Below, piece by piece: positions 1 to 7,874 of a stretch of DNA of 26,088 nucleotides. The stretch is from NCBI GenBank assembly GCA_045105515.1, contig JBGCDR010000229.1, forward strand, positions 1 through 26,088. The letters run 5' to 3'. Numbering within the stretch: position 1 is the first letter of the stretch; each line of letters begins with the position of its first letter. The DNA is from Oligoflexales bacterium. Its GTDB lineage: Bacteria > Bdellovibrionota_B > Oligoflexia > Oligoflexales > Bog-1112. Both the position numbers and the translations under genes were made by a program. Under the pieces are notes generated by a model. The model ran no database searches. It was given only the letters and a program-made list of their open reading frames with translations, and was not told the DNA's origin.

Positions 1-66
1 CTAAAGATCGGCATTGTGTTGGCGGTAAATATAGACACCGACACCGCCGTGATTTTTTTTACATAA
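1..66 (+). CDS. possible 3' end of a gene convergent with mnmE (partial)
   Basis: Frame 1 is open from base 1 (LKIGIVLAVNIDTDTAVIFFT) to TAA at 64-66; too short to identify. Confidence 0.25.
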   Translation, partial: LKIGIVLAVNIDTDTAVIFFT

Positions 67-138
67 TTAAAATCATCGGAAACTCTGTCATAAATCAATT
101 TTAGAGGATCTTTCTACAGATTAGGTCCTAGATGCCAG

Positions 139-1548
139 TTACTTACCAACACAGAAGGAGCCAAATACTAATCCAAGGATGTCGTCAGAATCGACTTTTC
201 CAATAATGCCTCCCAGTAATTTGGTTAAATCTAGCAGTTCAAATGCAAGCATCTCTTCATATGCTCCTTCTCTGCGTCCTTTATGGTAACGTTCAAGGCA
301 TGCATGGGCCTTATCAAGAGAGCTCTTGTGGCGAGCATTACTAATAAAACTCTGTTCTTCTTCAAGGGGCTTCACGTATGAGTCTACCTGTGATGCCAGA
401 CAATTTTGCAAGTCTTTGAGTCCATTGCTAGCACCTTCAGCAAAGCTTGTTGCGATTTTGGGGTCGGTCACATTTTGCCACCAAGAGGGGCGCCCTAAAT
501 CCTCTTTGCTCAGTATTGCAATGGTCCTGGGAATAATGTCATTGGCAACCCACGTCTTGTACTCTTTAAGAACGCTACCATCGTCATCAGCTGCCATCAT
601 AAATAATACAACATCAGCACTTTTAGCCAATTCGAAGGATCGTTCTATTCCTAGCTGTTCAATTTCGCAGTCACTGTCCCTGATTCCTGCAGTGTCTATG
701 AGACGAATTAATCTTCCATTAATGAGGCAAGGTTCCTCCAAATAGTCGCGTGTAGTGCCAGCTATAGATGTTACTAATGCCCTACTTGTACCAAGAAGCT
801 TATTCATCAAGGTGGACTTGCCTGCATTTGGCCTGCCAAACAAAGCGACCTTCAGGCCAGAAGTTGCAACCCGACCGCTGTCGTAGCTGCTTCGAAGGCT
901 TTCTATTGAGTTCGTCACTGCGGCAACACGTACATCTACCTGCTGCATTTCTACTGCTGAGGTTTCTTTTTCATCAGGAAAGTCGATTCGGGCTTCAAGC
1001 CAAGCCATTGATTCCATAAGTTTGCTGCGGAGTGATTCTATTTCTTTACGTAGCTGGCCACCTGCAAGCTGCCTTGCTGCTAGCCATTGGTGTTCGGAGT
1101 TTGCATGAATTAATTCGCGAATACCTTCTGCCTGGCTCAAATCGAGTTTTCCTGCAAGATAGGCTCGTCGAGTGAATTCCCCTGGTTCAGCAGGACGAAA
1201 TCCCTGTTTTAGCAATAATTCCATTGCTTGTTGGATGACATAAGGTCCACCATGCAAATGAAGTTCAGCACTATCCTGGCCCGTATAAGAATAAGGGCCT
1301 TTAAAGAAAACTACCATTGGCTCATCTAGAACCTTATTTTTTTCAAGGGGCGAACTCAACTTGCAGAGGGAAAGCCGTCCAGTCTTCATTTGCCAATTCT
1401 GTTTAGCAAATTTTAAGCAAGGTAAGATTAATTCGTGACAGTTTTTACCGCTCATGCGAAGTATTGCAATCGCACAGGGGGCTGTACCACTTGAAAGTGC
1501 TACAATAGCCTGCTCATCATGGGTGAGTACAAGCTCGTTTGAGCTCAT
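139..1548 (-). CDS. mnmE: tRNA modification GTPase MnmE/TrmE
   Basis: GRPNAGKS (G1), GTTRD (G2), DTAG (G3), GEFTRRA..GKLDLSQAEG, C-terminal FCVGK; GGAG RBS 8 nt upstream; expected position after yidC-jag. Confidence 0.97.
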   Translation of the reverse strand: MSSNELVLTHDEQAIVALSSGTAPCAIAILRMSGKNCHELILPCLKFAKQNWQMKTGRLSLCKLSSPLEKNKVLDEPMVVFFKGPYSYTGQDSAELHLHGGPYVIQQAMELLLKQGFRPAEPGEFTRRAYLAGKLDLSQAEGIRELIHANSEHQWLAARQLAGGQLRKEIESLRSKLMESMAWLEARIDFPDEKETSAVEMQQVDVRVAAVTNSIESLRSSYDSGRVATSGLKVALFGRPNAGKSTLMNKLLGTSRALVTSIAGTTRDYLEEPCLINGRLIRLIDTAGIRDSDCEIEQLGIERSFELAKSADVVLFMMAADDDGSVLKEYKTWVANDIIPRTIAILSKEDLGRPSWWQNVTDPKIATSFAEGASNGLKDLQNCLASQVDSYVKPLEEEQSFISNARHKSSLDKAHACLERYHKGRREGAYEEMLAFELLDLTKLLGGIIGKVDSDDILGLVFGSFCVGK

Positions 1549-1667
1549 GTCATTGTCTCCAAGGGTGAAATGTCAGATACCCTCACCTTTTCTACTAAAC
1601 TCTGGAATTTGAATTTTTATTGAAAGTTCAAAAAGGAGTCAGAAAGGTGGAGCCTTCTGTGGGGGCG

Positions 1668-2390
1668 TTACTGATTTGCTTCTCTTCCATCAGATTTACT
1701 TGGTAATATCATTAGCTTGCGATTTGGACCTGAGCCAATTGACTTTGTGTATACCCTGCTATCCTTATCAAGAGCCATATGAATGATTTTACGATCATAA
1801 GAACTGCGATAGTTAAGAACTATAGGCCGCTTATTTTCATGAACCTTGTTTGACAAATCCTGCGCCATATCTACTAACTCAGTTTCTCTGCCTCGGCGCA
1901 TTCCCTTAACGTCGATGAAGATTCTGAACGGTAGTTCTTGTCTAATATGACGTGGTTTTTTTCTTAGAATATGCTCCAAGGCTTCAGCGAATCGGCTATT
2001 CCTAGTCATTTGACCGGCAAGATAGTCGTTTTCTATGTTCAAGATTAGTCGTTCATCATCAAGCTCAGCAGTTACTTCTACATCCTCATCGACCATTCGT
2101 GAACATATTCCTTGGCAGAATGACCTCAAACTTTCCATTAATTCTTTGATTTCTTTGGGGCTTAAGACAGCCTTGTCTTCTTCTGAGTTATCTCTGAATC
2201 GTGAGCTTCCTCCTGCTCTTCCTTGCCCTTTTTTCCAAACCTCGATCGCAACTTTTTTTCCAAAAACTCCAAGAAATCCACTGCTTTTGTTGATGACTTT
2301 ATAACCTAATTCATCTTGAGTGATTCCGAGCTGTCCTGCTGCTTTGACCAGGGCTAGTTGTAGTGACTTTTCTTCGACTTTAATTGCCAT
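1668..2390 (-). CDS. jag: RNA-binding protein Jag/KhpB/EloR (Jag_N, KH-like and R3H domains)
   Basis: Jag_N-like GFLGVFGKKV, R3H motif SYDRKIIH and S.GSGPNRKL; between yidC and mnmE; AGGAG RBS. Confidence 0.9.
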   Translation of the reverse strand: MAIKVEEKSLQLALVKAAGQLGITQDELGYKVINKSSGFLGVFGKKVAIEVWKKGQGRAGGSSRFRDNSEEDKAVLSPKEIKELMESLRSFCQGICSRMVDEDVEVTAELDDERLILNIENDYLAGQMTRNSRFAEALEHILRKKPRHIRQELPFRIFIDVKGMRRGRETELVDMAQDLSNKVHENKRPIVLNYRSSYDRKIIHMALDKDSRVYTKSIGSGPNRKLMILPSKSDGREANQ

Positions 2391-2434
2391 TTGTACTCCT
2401 TGTTTGTCCAGTTTGTCTTCAGTTTCATGTCATC

Positions 2435-4087
2435 TCATTCAGTTTTTAGACGCCTATTTAGCCATTGTTGCTGAGCAATCGATACGACTGTGTTTGTGAG
2501 CATGTATAAAACCATACCTGCTGGGAGCGTTAGCATCATAATTGAGAAAACAAGTGGTAACATCATCATTATACGCTCCTGCGTCTTATCGAGGCCAGTG
2601 GTGGGCATTAGTTTCTGCTGTACGAGCATAGTAAGCCCTAAGAAAATCGGGGTAATAAAATAAGGGTCAGCAACAGATAGATCGCTTATCCAGCCATAGA
2701 ATGGCGCCTGTCGCAGCTCAATCGAAGTAGAAAGCAGACGATAAAATGCAATGAATACAGGAATTTGAGGGAGGATAGGTAGACATCCTTTTGCTGGATT
2801 GACCTTGTGGGTTCCCATAAAACGCATAATTTCTTGCTGCTGTCTTCTCTGATCGTCCTTGAATTTTTCTTTTATTTTATTCATCTCAGGCTGCAGTTTT
2901 TTCATTCTATTTTGTGCAACTGCTGCCTGCTTCGTTAAAGGATAAAATATAAGTTTGATAAGTAGGGTTAGCACAATGATGGCAAGTCCCCAATTACCCA
3001 ATGCAGATTCAATAGATTTCATGACTAAGAAAAGTGGCTTGGAAATCACGCTGAACATACCTAGGTCTTGGGTTTCACTTAGCCTAGGGTCGTATGCTTC
3101 AAGAAGGTCGGCTACTTTTGGCCCAAACCATGTTTTGAAGGACATGGAGATGGAATCGCCGGGGCTAATATTTCCTTGCTGTAGATTCATCCAGTTAGAA
3201 AGGGTACAAGAGTGACCCTTTAAAACATTTGAGCTGAAAAGCTTATAGGAAAGCTTTTTGCTTGAAGGCACGAGCACTTTAAGAAAGTAGTGCTTGTCAA
3301 AGCCGATAAAATCAAGCTCCTGGAGCTCTTTTCCTAGTGAATTTTCTCCATCTTCACAGTATTTTTCGATATCCTGCCAATCACCCGAGCTTCCGGCAAT
3401 TCCTGTAACGAAAGAAGGTTTGCCTGTTGGTATACCAGGTAAAAAACTACCACTTTTTTCTGGAAAGAGTATGTTTTCTTGCATAACGACACTAGAATTC
3501 AAACTAGCGGGGTTTTGCCCGATGTTCTTCCAGGTAAGCTCCACATTAGCACCATAGCCTTGTGGATCGATCGTATATTGAGTGGTTATTTGCCAGGCAC
3601 CATCATAGTGGGAAAAGCTTATCGTTCTATCGGCGCGGCTAGCTTCGAATCGGCCATGTTCACCTATGGGGGTTATGGAGCTTGCACCCCTGATAATAAA
3701 GGGATTTCTAACGATTTCTAATGCTGCAGTTTGTTCATCATTCTGAAATTTCTTTAGGGTGACAGACTCTAGGCCAGCGACGTCTTGGTTGAAAATGTAC
3801 CTAATTTCATCATTTTCTATGGTCAGTTCATCACTTGATAAAGCTGTGATAGCTTGTAGTTGTGGTGTTTTCTCTTTTGAGCTCGCATTGAGTTCAGGGG
3901 TAGGGTTGCTTCCTTGATTGCTTATGCTTCGAGCATTTTGGGCATCCGAAGAGTGTCGCGCCTCCACTTCAGTCTGTTCAGGCCGCTTGTGGCGATCAGG
4001 ATAATTTTGATCCAGGTAATACTTGAAACCAAAATAGAAGAGTACCAACGTCAATAAGGTGCCAAAGCTAATTCTATCCATTTTCAA
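2435..4087 (-). CDS. yidC: membrane protein insertase YidC
   Basis: GNWGLAIIVLTLLIKLIFYPL, GCLPILPQIPVFIAFY, ELRQAPFYGWISDLSVADPY, PAGMVLY; large periplasmic domain; synteny. Confidence 0.97.
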   Translation of the reverse strand: MKMDRISFGTLLTLVLFYFGFKYYLDQNYPDRHKRPEQTEVEARHSSDAQNARSISNQGSNPTPELNASSKEKTPQLQAITALSSDELTIENDEIRYIFNQDVAGLESVTLKKFQNDEQTAALEIVRNPFIIRGASSITPIGEHGRFEASRADRTISFSHYDGAWQITTQYTIDPQGYGANVELTWKNIGQNPASLNSSVVMQENILFPEKSGSFLPGIPTGKPSFVTGIAGSSGDWQDIEKYCEDGENSLGKELQELDFIGFDKHYFLKVLVPSSKKLSYKLFSSNVLKGHSCTLSNWMNLQQGNISPGDSISMSFKTWFGPKVADLLEAYDPRLSETQDLGMFSVISKPLFLVMKSIESALGNWGLAIIVLTLLIKLIFYPLTKQAAVAQNRMKKLQPEMNKIKEKFKDDQRRQQQEIMRFMGTHKVNPAKGCLPILPQIPVFIAFYRLLSTSIELRQAPFYGWISDLSVADPYFITPIFLGLTMLVQQKLMPTTGLDKTQERIMMMLPLVFSIMMLTLPAGMVLYMLTNTVVSIAQQQWLNRRLKTE

Positions 4088-4302
4088 GGTAAGTCTACTC
4101 CACCTGGGTGTAAAGGGTTACATTTTAATAATCTTTTTGCGATTTTGAAAAGTGCAAGAGTGAGTCGCTCTTGCTGCAGACAAACAAGTGCATATTCCGA
4201 GCAGCTAGGGTAATAGCGGCATCGAGGTGCAAGAAGAGGAGACACCCAACGCTTATACGCCTGGATGGAAATAATGCATGAATTTGCAAAGATTTTGGTC
4301 AA
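4084..4302 (-). CDS. yidD: membrane protein insertion efficiency factor YidD
   Basis: CRYYPSCSEY and RLLKCNPLHPGGVD motifs; 4-bp overlaps with both rnpA and yidC. Confidence 0.93.
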   Translation of the reverse strand: MTKIFANSCIISIQAYKRWVSPLLAPRCRYYPSCSEYALVCLQQERLTLALFKIAKRLLKCNPLHPGGVDLP

Positions 4303-4709
4303 TGCTTCATTTTACTTTCAATAGCTTTGTTCCTGTCCAGCCTTGGTTCAAGCTTTGTCTTGAGGCGTCTTAGGCTATTTCCTAATGAGCGACAGACATG
4401 CTTGAAGTCTGAGTTAGCAGCGCTCTGTCTTGCGATCACTACGATATCCCAGGCTTGGAGATTGAGATCTTGTCGGAAGGCTTCTCGCAAAAAACGTTTA
4501 ACTCGGTTACGAGTTACGGCATTGCCAACCTTTCGGGAAACAATCATTCCTAAGCGTGGTGAGTGGCTTTTTATCGCAAAAACAACAAGCTCATGGCAAA
4601 CTACTTTGCTTCCAGAGTCCAGAACCCTTTTATATTCTAATTTTTTCAGGATTCGGCTGGTTTTAGGAAAGGACATACGTGCCCTTGTAGGGGACGGTAC
4701 ATCGCTCAT
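4299..4709 (-). CDS. rnpA: ribonuclease P protein component
   Basis: RLGMIVSRKVGNAVTRNRVKRFLRE (RNR motif); between rpmH and yidD. Confidence 0.95.
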   Translation of the reverse strand: MSDVPSPTRARMSFPKTSRILKKLEYKRVLDSGSKVVCHELVVFAIKSHSPRLGMIVSRKVGNAVTRNRVKRFLREAFRQDLNLQAWDIVVIARQSAANSDFKHVCRSLGNSLRRLKTKLEPRLDRNKAIESKMKH

Positions 4710-4742
4710 GGTTTATTCTCACTTAACAGAAGGTCACTACTT

Positions 4743-4892
4743 TTACTTTTTGTATGCAGTGCTAGCTAAGCGCTTACGTCCCTTAGCCCTGCGGCTTTTA
4801 AGAACATTACGTCCACCCGGGCTTTCCATCCTGGATCGAAAACCATGGGTTCTTAGCTTTTTTATATTACTTGGTTGAAATGTGCGTTTCAC
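4743..4892 (-). CDS. rpmH: 50S ribosomal protein L34
   Basis: Hand translation from [60 protein letters not shown]; directly upstream of rnpA. Absent from the ORF track. Confidence 0.97.
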   Translation of the reverse strand: MKRTFQPSNIKKLRTHGFRSRMESPGGRNVLKSRRAKGRKRLASTAYKK

Positions 4893-5005
4893 TGTTTATT
4901 CCTTTACCATTTGTCTTTTCGCACGTGCCAGCTTAACTTAGTTTCTGCTATCAGCTTGGCAGTGAGTTACAATGCTAGCAAGTAGCGTCTAGTCACAAGA
5001 CCGGA

Positions 5006-5034
5006 AATGTATCAAATATTCAGCCCAGAAGCAA
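5006..5034 (-). promoter_or_regulatory. putative sigma70 promoter of the rpmH operon
   Basis: Minus strand TTGCTT-N17-TACATT with TG just upstream of the -10 (extended -10), about 110 nt before the rpmH start. Confidence 0.45.
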
Positions 5035-5110
5035 GACAAGGAACTTGGAAGTACGCTTGCTAGAACTTGGGCCAAATAGAATTAAACTTAACTTCCGAGG
5101 ATCATTAGAT

Positions 5111-6268
5111 TTGGTAAAAAGTAGTGTGAGTTCAACCCATTGTTGGATTGAGTTGAATAAGGATGCCCTTATTCGAAATTTTCGATTTTTCGTTTCTCGT
5201 ATTGGCTATGAGCGTTTTGCTCCTGTTCTTAAGTCAAATGCGTATGGGCACGGTCTTAGCGAATTTTATGAAATGCTGAAGGAAGAGCAGCCGAAGTGGA
5301 TTTGTGTCAATTATATTTTTGAAGGCCTTAAGCTTCGAAAAATAGGGTTTAAGGGAGAGATTTTAGTTGTTGGTCCGTTACTTAGTCATGAACTCACTAA
5401 AGCAGTTGAAGGTGACCTGGATGTAACTATCGGAAATGAAGAACTTCTGTCTACGTGGTTATCTATGCCATGCAAACCTACTGCTCATATTAAATTTAAT
5501 TCTGGAATGTGCCGTCAAGGGTTTGATCTAGAAGAATGTGAGTCCTTAGGAGAAAAACTTCTCCCTCATCGAAAGAACATAGCTGGGGTTTCTACTCATT
5601 TTGCCAACGTGGAAGATGTTACTGACAGTGAATTTGCGATGAAACAGCTTAAGCTTCTAATTTCTGTGAGAACTAGTTGGGAAGGCATGGGTTTTGAGTT
5701 GCTGTTTCATGCAGCTTCTTCTGCTTCATCGATGATTATTGCAGAGAGCCAACTTGATCTGTGTCGAGTAGGGATCTCTCTGTATGGCCTTTGGCCCTCC
5801 TCTTTGACTAGACTGTCTTATGCGAAGTTGTATCCTAAGTTGGCGCCATTGGAGCCGGTCTTAAGTTGGAAAACTTGCATAACAACTCTGCGAGAGCTAA
5901 AAGGTGGTGAATACGTGGGCTATGGCTGTACTTTCAAAGCTTCTAGAGCAATGAAAATAGCAGTAATATCAGTAGGATATTACGAAGGCTACCCTCGCAT
6001 AGCAGGCAATGATAGTAGAAGTTTTGTTCTGATACGATCTAAACGTTGCCCTTTGGTTGGGCGTATTTGTATGAATATGATGATGGTTGATGTGAGTAGT
6101 TTGGAAGATGTAGAGGTTGGAGATGAAGTAACCCTAGTGGGAAAAGATGGAGATGAAGTGATCAGTGCCGATGACTTGGCGGCATGGTCACAAACAATCA
6201 ACTATGAGGTTGTTGCTTGCTTAAACCCTGAAATTCCCAGAGTTATTGTAGAAAGCAATGGAGGGTAA
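5111..6268 (+). CDS. alr: alanine racemase
   Basis: PLP-lysine motif VLKSNAYGHG, HIKFNSGMCRQG, STHFA, VGYG, GYYEG, VGRICM, TINYE. Start placed at TTG 5111 (GAGGA 9 nt upstream); the ORF is open from 5045. Confidence 0.95.
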   Translation: MVKSSVSSTHCWIELNKDALIRNFRFFVSRIGYERFAPVLKSNAYGHGLSEFYEMLKEEQPKWICVNYIFEGLKLRKIGFKGEILVVGPLLSHELTKAVEGDLDVTIGNEELLSTWLSMPCKPTAHIKFNSGMCRQGFDLEECESLGEKLLPHRKNIAGVSTHFANVEDVTDSEFAMKQLKLLISVRTSWEGMGFELLFHAASSASSMIIAESQLDLCRVGISLYGLWPSSLTRLSYAKLYPKLAPLEPVLSWKTCITTLRELKGGEYVGYGCTFKASRAMKIAVISVGYYEGYPRIAGNDSRSFVLIRSKRCPLVGRICMNMMMVDVSSLEDVEVGDEVTLVGKDGDEVISADDLAAWSQTINYEVVACLNPEIPRVIVESNGG

Positions 6269-6270
6269 GC

Positions 6271-6630
6271 ATGCTAGTTAATTTATGCCAAATAGAAATA
6301 AAGATAACAGACATAGTTCGTTCTAGGACTTTTTATGAACAGGTTTTTGGGCTAAAGCTAGTTCCAGCTGAAATCCACAATTACCATATCCTCGAAGTTT
6401 CAAAGAAAAGCTCTTTTGGTATTAGCCTCTTAGAGCAAGAAAAAGTCGAACCGAATCGGTCTATGATATTGTACTTTAGGTTAGAGTCACTAGAGGGTAT
6501 TAAGGAAAAGCTTGGCTCACTAAGAAACGGAAGTTTCAAAGGGGAGCGCATAGTGCCAGGATACGGAAGAGCGATTTTTGTAGAAGATCCTGACGGACAT
6601 CGCTTAGGTTTGTTTGTGCCCTTGAAATAA
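6271..6630 (+). CDS. VOC/glyoxalase-bleomycin resistance family protein
   Basis: IEIKITDIVRSRTFYEQVFG and EDPDGHRLGL patterns; 119 aa; starts 2 nt after the alr stop. Confidence 0.8.
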   Translation: MLVNLCQIEIKITDIVRSRTFYEQVFGLKLVPAEIHNYHILEVSKKSSFGISLLEQEKVEPNRSMILYFRLESLEGIKEKLGSLRNGSFKGERIVPGYGRAIFVEDPDGHRLGLFVPLK

Positions 6631-6636
6631 TCCTTG

Positions 6637-7383
6637 TTACTCGTGAATGACGAAATTGTAGAGTTTATTTATGCTAACTCCGGGGATGAATGGCCCCACC
6701 TTGAATTTCTCTTTGTGGGGAATAGCCCATTTATTTTTCGCAAAACCAGCTATGATGGTTTGGCGAATTCTGGTATTTTCTGGTGACTCATCCAGCAAAA
6801 ATGGTTCAAGTTTTTCAGGTATGCTGCTTTCACTTTGCTCTAGCAATACCTCGGCTGCAGCAAACCTAACTCTTTCATCGTGTTCCGCCAAAAAATGAAA
6901 GAGTTTTTCGCAGACTGGGTTAGCCAAAGGGTAGTCTCTTAAATAACAAAGAATATCATAGTTTTTGTCTACTTTGCTTTGATCAAAAGAAACGTCTCCA
7001 TAATCCAGGCACGACTCCAACGTTGTAATGATTTGCTCTTCAGTGGCGATCTGTTTGAAAGCTTTAATAGGCCATGCAATGCGATTAGAGGAATGGAGGT
7101 GTTTCTCGATAAAAGTAACCGCAGTTTCTGCAAACTTTAGTATGCCTTTCATTGCAGATTCTTTCTCTCTGGTGTCATTGATGCCATGTTCAAGGCTATA
7201 ATCGAAGCGCTGTAATAAGGCTGTTACCGCAGTTTCAGCTTCTTCAGTTTGGCAGAAATACTCAATTGCTGCGGCTCTATCTTCCTTTATTGCTTTTGGG
7301 TTTTTTATTAGTTTGAGGTTCCGGGCAATGGCCTTTTCTTGGCGGTTTTTCTTGAATTGTCGATATTTATCTATAAGCCCCAC
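6637..7383 (-). CDS. HEAT-repeat-like hypothetical protein
   Basis: Helical 248-aa ORF with HEAT-like segments (FLAEHDERVRFAAAEVL; FLLDESPENTRIR); GTG start. Confidence 0.6.
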   Translation of the reverse strand: MGLIDKYRQFKKNRQEKAIARNLKLIKNPKAIKEDRAAAIEYFCQTEEAETAVTALLQRFDYSLEHGINDTREKESAMKGILKFAETAVTFIEKHLHSSNRIAWPIKAFKQIATEEQIITTLESCLDYGDVSFDQSKVDKNYDILCYLRDYPLANPVCEKLFHFLAEHDERVRFAAAEVLLEQSESSIPEKLEPFLLDESPENTRIRQTIIAGFAKNKWAIPHKEKFKVGPFIPGVSINKLYNFVIHE

Positions 7384-7874
7384 GGATTGTAACCTTTTTT
7401 ATGAATGTTAGAATTATGCACTGACGTGCAACGGTAAAAGGCCTCTCAAAGGTAAAAGGCGTCCTATAATTTAGTACCACATGTATCGCATTTTGTGATA
7501 CGCCAAGTTGGATTTTCCTTCAGTAGAAGGCTTATGCTAGTGCATAAGGTTTTTTCAACCTTCTCTTTACTTGGCTGAGTTTCTTAGCAATTTCTCAGCA
7601 GACTAGATATAAAAAAAGGCGTTTGAGGGGGTGTGATTATTGAACCATAGTTACTGATTCCTATCATATGGTTTGTCGTGATTGTTTTTGACATAAGATA
7701 TTCTTTCAAGAATCTGGCTAGTTGTGAGCCTGGCTTGATTCGCTCCTAGCAGATAGTTTATGGTGTATATTTCGTCTTGCTCATTCATAATATCTCGTTA
7801 GTGGGTGATTCTCTGCGATCGAGCGCAAAGAGAACTTGAGGTAAAGGCTTCGAATCAAAATAAGGAAGCTAATA

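Noticed and set aside
326..3721. Plus-strand ORFs inside mnmE, jag and yidC (326, 768, 2035, 2955, 3294, 3479)
   Set aside because: Antisense to conserved genes, many Ser-rich, no recognisable motifs.
4327..4878. 183-aa plus-strand ORF
   Set aside because: Antisense shadow of rnpA and rpmH, which are both motif-supported.
4893..5110. oriC next to rpmH
   Set aside because: No DnaA boxes or AT-rich unwinding element seen, and no dnaA.
7502..7575. tRNA gene
   Set aside because: Size and 7-bp closing stem fit, but there is no TTCRA T-loop, no 7-nt anticodon loop, and the linkers are wrong; kept only as a candidate structure.
7820..7860. glmS ribozyme-like AGCGC…GAACT…GAGG just upstream of glmS
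   Set aside because: Lacks the AGCGCC/GACGAGG core, the P1 hairpin and the GGCGG pseudoknot partner; too short.
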